Below, one piece after another: positions 56,099 through 64,000 of a stretch of DNA of 64,000 nucleotides. A program made the position numbers and the translations under genes. Origin of the DNA: Tubiluchus corallicola. Taxonomy: Eukaryota > Animalia > Priapulida. The stretch spans positions 248,001 to 312,000 of the forward strand of contig JAQGDQ010000122.1 in the NCBI GenBank assembly GCA_030141605.1. The letters are read 5' to 3'. Each line of letters opens with the position of its first letter. Positions within the stretch are counted from its first letter, which is position 1. The notes under the pieces were generated by a model that did no database searches, was not told the DNA's origin, and saw nothing but the letters and a program-made list of their open reading frames with translations.

Positions 56099-57680
56099 GA
56101 AAGATTATACATCTGATTCTGCTGTAAAGCTTTTTGACGGGAATTGGCATCACCTGTGTGGCCGGGCAGCAATGTAGAAACTACCATGTTTACATTGTTG
56201 GAGAACTTGAGTATTCAGGTAGAACAGATGAAACAAATTGTGGAACAATTGTAGAACTAGATTATGTCATATCAAATTTTTATGTTGTTATTTTTCAAGT
56301 TGTCGTACTTATTTTCTAAACTTCAAGTATCGTTACGGATTAAAAATGGCAAAGAAATGGTGATGTTTTTGTGAATAAAACAGGATTGTAAAAAAATATT
56401 TTTCGTAATTTTGAACAAGCGACAAACAAACAAACCAATACAGTTTTTGTGTTGAAATTTTAAACTTTGACGTTACATTCGCGACTCGATACCTATTTTT
56501 TTGGTTAATTTTACTACTTGAGATTGAGCATTACATACAGCTAAGTCGGCTTATTCTATTTCCTGAATTACAGACTATCAACAATAGTCTACCTGCACGT
56601 AAGAATCTGCGCACAAAAATCCAAAAACAGATCCACTAAAACTGCACCACAATTACCCTTCTCTTCTTCTCTAATAATAATAATGGACGTTTGAACTATT
56701 TTTAAGGATTTTCACTAATTGATTTAGTGTTGAAAACCTGAAAAATAGAAAATCCGAGATGATAAAACGTCCAATTTCATCAATATACCAATCTCACTTT
56801 TGGTATATTCATGGCATTGAAAAGAGGTATAATGAAACTTGTCTGCATATTGATATGTGCTGCGAATAAAACTAACATTTTTCTTTAAGGTGAAATAAAC
56901 TGAATTTGAGATTGAATTTCATTTTAAGTCCAGTATAGTGCTCAGCAAGTGTACGTGAGGCCCTACTACCCACCACCATTACTTCACAAAATGAATGAAA
57001 AAAAAAGAAAAATGGGTGGTGGCACTTCCCCAAAAAAGAGCGTCTGTTTATTTGGACTTTGTTAAAACACTTAAGCAAAGTTTATTTATTGTTGTAGATG
57101 CATTCAAGGGAAATGGACGAATGTTCATACCTGAAGGGGGATCTCTGATATTTGGCCAGGAACAGGATGCAGTGGGCGCTGGCTTCGTCGCAACAGAAAG
57201 CTTTAAAGGATTGGTGACAGACCTTGTGTTTAAACTGGAATATTTGGATGCTGCAACAATAGGTAAGGACCTTGTTGTTGCTAATTTTGTTGCAACTGCT
57301 GCAATCTTGACACTGCCTCTGCAAACTTTTTGAAAAAGAGAATGAAGTAGCACACGTATTCACAGATACACATTACAACAAATTCAAATGCAATGTGACA
57401 GTCGCAACTCTGGTTAGTCTTGAAAACATCTGTTTCAGCTAACATGGCCACTACTTGCTACAACAAAGCCGGTGTGGGTGGCCAGATTATCTGGACAGAG
57501 GAAATTGTTTCTCCTCGCTTGAAGGGAGATGTTCGGATGATCCCTCCTAGTCGCTGTTCTTTGGGGGAAAATACAAAGCTGTGCCTAGCAACGCAGTTTG
57601 AGGAGAAAAAAGTGGAGTTGCTCACATATTTACTTCTATATGTTATTGATAAAAATACACTTTCCAGTAATATGGTGTGA
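56099..57680 (+). pseudogene. Pentraxin-like locus C (paralog of A), exons 56099-56218, 57098-57262, 57439-57680; frameshifted in the first of these; 5' exons not found
   Basis: KLFDGNWHHLC (pentraxin signature) shifts frame into VAGQQCRNYHVYIVGELEYS; next exon is 165 bp phase 1-1 exactly as in gene A (IPEGGSLIFGQEQDAVGAGFVATESFKGLVTDL); last exon MATTCYN.. aligns with gene A MSTTCFN.. Confidence 0.75.
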
Positions 57681-58914
57681 TAATGTTGTTTATAATAAAG
57701 ACTTGGCGATTGTGATGGACCAGACTAGGTCCACCCCTTGGCTAAAGTTTGTTCTTACACATTACAAGCAACCACCTATGTACATTATACTATGCAATTT
57801 GTTCAATGATAAATGTTTTGTTCGATTGAGTAGGCCTAACTTAGTTTGATTTTGTATGAGGAAACTATCCGCATAGTTTACTTTATTTTTTCTTGCTGTT
57901 GTTGTAATAATGTACTAGGCACCCATGAACTACATCTGCCCCACAGGTAACCTAAATGTCAGTGTTGTGCAGGTCATTTTGAAAGTGTGTTGGCTTCGGC
58001 CTTATTACTTTATTACAGGGGTGTTTTGCTTTCTCATTCAGCCTATATAGTGTTATAATCACCTGTCTAAAGTATCAAACTACCTAGAAATGTAGTGAAC
58101 TGTTCCAGTAACAGGAAAATGTGCTTTTGATATAGAAAAGTGTGTAGAATAGTCTGGAAAATGATGGCAGTTAAAATGTTGGGTTTAGAATTTTGAGGAC
58201 AAACCTAAGATTTATCTGTTGAAATTGGCTGAACTGGTGTTTTATTGTGGAAAATCCTGGACAGTTGTAAATGGCGTAATACTATCCTAATGGACAATGT
58301 GTTGTAATGCAATTGAGTGGAGAAAAAACGAACTTTGAGCCTTCTACACAGTATAAGCAATCTCGCACTTGTTGTCATGGTGTGGACGGACTGGCACCTA
58401 GTACTGTTGAATGTGGCATGCGATGTTTTGGAGATGGTGTTCCTTCCATGGAGTGTACCCCAGTGATTGCCAATGGACTGACGTAGGGAGCGCTCACTCC
58501 AGAGATAAGTAACAGTTTACTTTTGAGCTCAATAGTGAATACTCAACTTGGAGATATCTTGTGCACAAACTCTTATGGACAGTGAAAACTGCAATTACTA
58601 TTAGGTTACTGTTTGGTACCAAGAACTCGTGCTGTAATTCTTGAAATGGCCATCTTTAATTATTGTAATGTATTTTTTCTTTTTTTCTTGATTTACTCAG
58701 ATTGTCTGTCAGTAGAATAAAAGCCTTGAAATGTTAATTTATCTTTCAGTAAGTTTTGTATTCAGAAACAGGTATACATAAACCACAAGGAAAACTCCGC
58801 ATTTCAAAAGCCTTAGTATCAGTCTCGCAACGTTACAAAAGTTTAAGTGCGCTTCATACTCGTATTGCATAAGTTACTAATTACTATCACACACGAGGAA
58901 CGCCGTCATTACAG

Positions 58915-59352
58915 CGATGACGACGCTCCTACTGCTGCAGTTGATGACAACGACGATGTCGAAGATAGTATAATGATAATGACAACGATAATAAAGGCGA
59001 TGATGATAATAATAACGATGACGATGACAAAGACGAAGATAACATAATGGTAATAATGATGTTGTTGTTGTTAATGATGATGACAACGACGACGAACATA
59101 ACAATAATGATGATGATGTATTGACAATTATAATTATAGTGGTTAAGGAGGATGATGATAACGACTTTAATATTAGCATACATTAACTTTTATACTGCCA
59201 CGTTTCCATATACACACACAGTATCTACATTCTCCTAACGATAATGCTGACCATTATAATGACGAATTGGTGAATCTGATGATAATGACAGTAACAGTAA
59301 TGCGATGATGATGATGAAGATGATGATGATGATGATGACGACAACGATGACT
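58915..59352. repeat. Degenerate (GAT/GAC/AAT)n trinucleotide region
   Basis: Directly visible; explains the low-complexity ORFs at 58847-59183. Confidence 0.9.
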
Positions 59353-60479
59353 AAGAAAAAATTATGGTTATTATGACTGTATTTGTCATCCAATTAAGTG
59401 ACAACTAAATGAATGTCTTTTTGATTTTTGAAACACGTAGGTTTTAATTGCTGTTGTCTGATAATCAAACGAAATGTCTCGGTATCATGGGTTCCAAAAG
59501 CGGCTTAAGATCTCGGACGTCCGAGGAAAACCTCCAAAAGAGACCCAGTTCTTCAAATAATCCGACTTCATAATTCCACTTGTAAAGCTGAGATGGAAAG
59601 AGTGAGAGTTGGGCATGGATGTTTTGTTGTTTATTTTGCTGTTTATTTATTTCACATCAACACAAATACACAATTAATACATTAAAAGAGACAAAAAGTT
59701 ATCAATAATTCAATGAATAACAAACAGTAAGATACATAATGGAAAGCAAATTTTGGAAAAAAATTATTTAAACTGTTTTTAGACATAGGTCAACCTATGG
59801 TAAACAAAGATAGTGATATCGCTACTTCCTTCAACACTGGCGTCTAAACAACGTTATGTACAGCATCATTACAAATATACTAACTTGACTCTCAAAACAC
59901 TGATAGGTTATAGTATATTATGAAAGGAGGGGTGATAGGTAGGAAGCCCTTCCCACAGACTATACTACAGCAAGATCTAGTTTAGCTATGTGTAAGAACC
60001 TTACACTCACCTTTATACGAACACCTTCGACTTATTAAGCATCGCAAATATTTAACGCCATTGAATGTACCAAGTAGAAAACGCCTAAAAATTTGTTTTC
60101 GCAAGAAACCTCTATATTTTACACGACATTTTTCGTTCACATAAAGAACTAAAGAAGACCGAAACAATCTAAAAGTACAAAGACTGGCCGCTATCTATCG
60201 TCGAACAGCGTAGTTTTAGTCGCCCATTTAATGTACTCGGTAAAATAATTAGTAGTTCTTCCTGTTTAATTACCTCTACTAGCAAAGGCCCCGCAAAAAA
60301 ATTGCGTATAAATAGACTAATAATCAATAATGCGCGAACATTCTACCTAGTATTTGTTTGTTTATCTAACGCAAAGCCAGCAGCTGCAGCAGCTTTTACT
60401 GAATTAAAGTTATAAGCAATAACGGATGACGTCACAACAATGGCTTTGCGTCAGCAGTTTTCTAAGCAAAAATTGCCAA

Positions 60480-60960
60480 AAATAGAACATTTTTTTAACT
60501 CGTCGATACTCCTCTTAGTGGACGTGTCCTAAAATGCAGCCCACACCATCGTGTAGCCCTTTTCTTCCTCTTTCTAAAGAGCCTATATCTCTTTCCGAGA
60601 GTCCCTCCAGGTGCCGCTAGAACGTTTTTTCCGCTTGCTGTTTGGTCAAAATTTCGAAAAAATCGCGAGTTAGGTCCGGAAAAACGCCCGTTGCGGGACG
60701 GCCCTCTAGCGAATTATAAATACGCCTGTGACACCCACCGCTGAACGGGCTATCTATCCATGGCCAGCACCACCCATGGCCCATTCCCGTTCTCCAGATC
60801 TCAGACGTATAACTTTTGCAAAAAACGGCCGAAAAATGGCCATTTTTGGAGGTTTTTCGCCCCCCCCCCCCCCGTTCGTTCCGGTCGGCCCGATTAGAAA
60901 AATAAACCCCCAATGGCACGACACTAGATTGGTACAGATGGTCAGGTGTTCTGGAACGTA
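60480..60960. mobile_element. GC-rich non-coding interspersed-repeat-like segment
   Basis: Abrupt GC/CpG-rich island without a credible ORF, directly abutting the truncated LINE; termini not resolved. Confidence 0.35.
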
Positions 60961-63805
60961 AAGTAAGAGAACAATTTCATGAGCTAAATCAACTTATTCA
61001 GGCCAAAGATGTTCAGAGTGCTTGGGTACAGCTCCGAAAGCTTATAGAAAATGCAAACGAAGAAGCACTAAATAAGAAAATGATAACAAAATTTAGCAAA
61101 CCTTTCTGGTCTAGTCAATTAACAAAATTAAGTAATAAAGTGAGGCTTTGCAGGAAAAATTACCTGAAGATGTCCAATTACGAAAACAAGCAATCTTATG
61201 TGGAAGTCAAGTCAGAGTTTAGTGACGCGCTGCATTTAGAAATGATTAAGTGGATTGAAAAAAATACCGAAAATTTAAATGTAGCACAAGGCAAGGAGTT
61301 CTGGAAAACATATAAAGCGTTTTTGAAACTAAATCCAGTAACGAAATAGAAAGTCTAAAAGTGCAGGGTAAAGATTACACAAGTGATGATGACAAAAGTA
61401 AACTCATGTACAAAACATTTTTAGTGGAGAATATATAAATCCCAATTCCTTTGATAATGAGTGATTTGAAGACATCGAGGAAATTGTTGACCAATAAATA
61501 AATGTGGAGCATACACGGCTTAATGATAGGTTTAACGTGAGGGAACTAAATAATGCGATAAAAGTGTTAAAACAAATAACAAGAGCATAGAAATTCATGG
61601 ATTTCACCCTCTAATGATAAAAAACATGGGATTTTGGGCTAAAACCACTTTTCTCAATATAGCCAACATTTGCTTAGACAGCAATATTTGGCCATGGAAT
61701 GACTCAAAGGTTACATTTATTAAAAAGAATGGCAAATCCGATTATAGTGACCCTAATAATTATAGACCTATTAGCATTACCTCCTACTATGGAAAACTAG
61801 CAGAAAAGCTTCTTGAAAATCGTGTAAGACAATTTTGCAATTTTGCAATGCACATGACATTATTGATGATGAGCAAGAAGGCTTCAGGCCCAGACACAGT
61901 ACAGTACGCTACTTGGTCAGGCTTATTTATAACCTGACTAGAACAAATTTGCTTAAAACAAGCTGCATTGCAATTCTTTGAGACTTTCAAAAAGCTTTCG
62001 ATAGTGTTTGGATAAATGGGCTATTGTACAAGTTGTGTCAATATGGTATCAAAGGAAACATGTTGTGTCTTATTAGTACATTTTTAAAAAATAGGAATAA
62101 CTTATTAATGGTCATACATCTCCAAAGTACAATTGTCAGTTGGGTCTCCCACAAGGTTCCGTTTTGTCACCATTACTGTTTTGCTGTATGTTATTGACAT
62201 ATTTGAATCAATAGATGATAAAGTATGCTGTGAAAAATTTAAATATGCAGATGATGGTTCTTTCTAATCACAGCTGACACAAAATATGAATGTTATTTAA
62301 AGCCCAAAAATGTTGTGATAAACTGTATACTTGGTGCAAGATGTGGCGGATGAACATAAACTGTGCCAAAAACAAAACTGAAGCCATTTTGTACAAGAAC
62401 TCAAAAATTTTGAATTGGGAACCAGACCCACCAAACCTCAAATAAGGAAAGAATCCTATTGATTATGTAAGAAAAAGCAAAGTGCTGGGTGTCACAGTGG
62501 ACAATCAATTAAATTTTAACGCTCACGTGTTAGATACCAGGAAAAAGACGTGGAAAACGTGGCACCAGATAAAGCAGTTTTGTTTCCGGCACAAAGGTTT
62601 GCAAATGAAGACAGTTTTGAGACTTTCTAATATCATGGTACTTCCAACGATTTTGTACGCCTCGATAGCTTGGTTAGCAAAGAACATCACAGCTTATGAC
62701 GATATACTATATGATGTGTTAAAAACTGCAACAGGAGTAGGTTTTAATCCCCCAAAAAATTGAAAGTGAATTAATTATAGGACTACCATCAATGGATGTT
62801 ATTTATTCCGTTTTATCTGTTAAGTCAGTTTTGAAATTACTTACTTTACCTGCAGATGACTTAGTCAGAAAAGAACTAATTAAAGCAGATGAGAATTACA
62901 TCAGTGCTGAATATTGCAACCATTTCCTGGCAGAACACCTAAATAAGTCTAGATTATTCTTAAAAACCATTAAAGGTCTAGACGCAAATCGAAATGAAAT
63001 GTTACAGTCAATTCCACAAGACAATTTAAAATATACAAAGAAAGAATGTCAAAAATTCTTAGAGTGTCTATGGAAAAGAAAACTGTTGCATTGCAACCAG
63101 TTAGCTGGAAACCCATTTGAAGAAGTTAAAGTTTGCGCAAAACCTTTAGATCTGCAAATAACAAGAAATGAACGTGTTATTGAAACTATTGCTTTCAACT
63201 TATTATTAGGGAGAGGTTGTAATGTGTTTAGCAATCGAATCGGTCTGATAGAAACTGATATGTGTAAATGCAATGCAAACAGCCAAACGCCAGAACGTAT
63301 AATTTTTAACTGTTCTCTAATAAAAGACGAACTCAGAAGGAAACTTGAAACTGCACTTCCATCTAGGCAACTTAAGGATATATACAGAATAAGAAGTAGA
63401 AATGCTATTGATGCGTTTGTAGTAATTGTTAAAAATGCTAAAGAGGAAAATGTAGCCGAAAAAACGTGGAGTTTATTTTTAAAAATGTGAAGTCCAGTTA
63501 CTGTCATTTTATAATACTTAGATTGCCACTTGTCAATGAAAATATAAAAGAGTTGTTTATAAAATTAGGTAAATATAAATTTAAATGTAAATCTAGCTAT
63601 GTTGCTTGTAGATGTTGATATGTTTTTGTATATAAGTGTTTTACTGTTATCGTAGTCACCAGTGATATTAAAAGGGATAATTGTAATTATTTTCTAACTT
63701 ATTATAATAATGCTCATACTGGTCCCCGCAAATAGAGGCAATTTATGTATATTATGTATGTATTTATGTTAATATATATAATAAAATAGAGTTATAATAA
63801 TAATA

Positions 63806-63810
<5 letters not shown>
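60960..63810 (+). mobile_element. Degraded, 5'-truncated LINE (I/Jockey group): RT domain, C-terminal Cys-knuckle, 3' UTR and (TAA)n tail
   Basis: Across frameshifts: KPFWS, NYRPISITSYYGKLAEKLL, QEGFRPRHST, DFQKAFDSV, GLPQGSVLSPLLF, KYADDG, LGVTVDNQLNFNAHV, CKCNANSQTPERIIFNC; multiple stops. Confidence 0.95.
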
Positions 63811-63857
<47 letters not shown>

Positions 63858-63945
63858 TCTCTCTCTCTCTCCCCCCCCCTCTCTCTCTCTCTCTCGCTCT
63901 TCCTCCCTTACTCCTCTCTGTCGCTCTCTCTCCCCATCTCTCTCC
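63811..63945. repeat. (CT)n microsatellite
   Basis: Directly visible. Confidence 0.97.
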
Positions 63946-64000
63946 AATTTTCTACTGGATTTTACACCTAGCTGACTGATAGTCATACCGAAAAAGGTCA

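Overview
AT-rich, repeat-dense eukaryotic (animal, probably invertebrate) genomic DNA; no prokaryotic-style genes, rRNA, tRNA or CRISPR were seen. The clearest host genes are a cluster of three divergent pentraxin-family loci at 43-58 kb. (A) A 4-exon + strand gene encodes a signal peptide joined to only the C-terminal half of a pentraxin domain. (B) A 2-exon - strand gene has a pentraxin domain interrupted by a somatomedin-B-like module and a furin-type RPRRVRR site. (C) A + strand paralog of A retains an N-half exon, but that exon is frameshifted. Also present are an intronless 200-aa orphan ORF with a deleted pseudogene copy (local segmental duplication, 32-39 kb), fragments of an unidentified spliced gene at 24-30 kb with a mosaic duplicated exon, several LINE relics, Tc1 and Gypsy relics, hAT and Tigger-like MITEs, long microsatellites and several minisatellites. 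All calls come from manual translation and motif recognition; no database searches were run.
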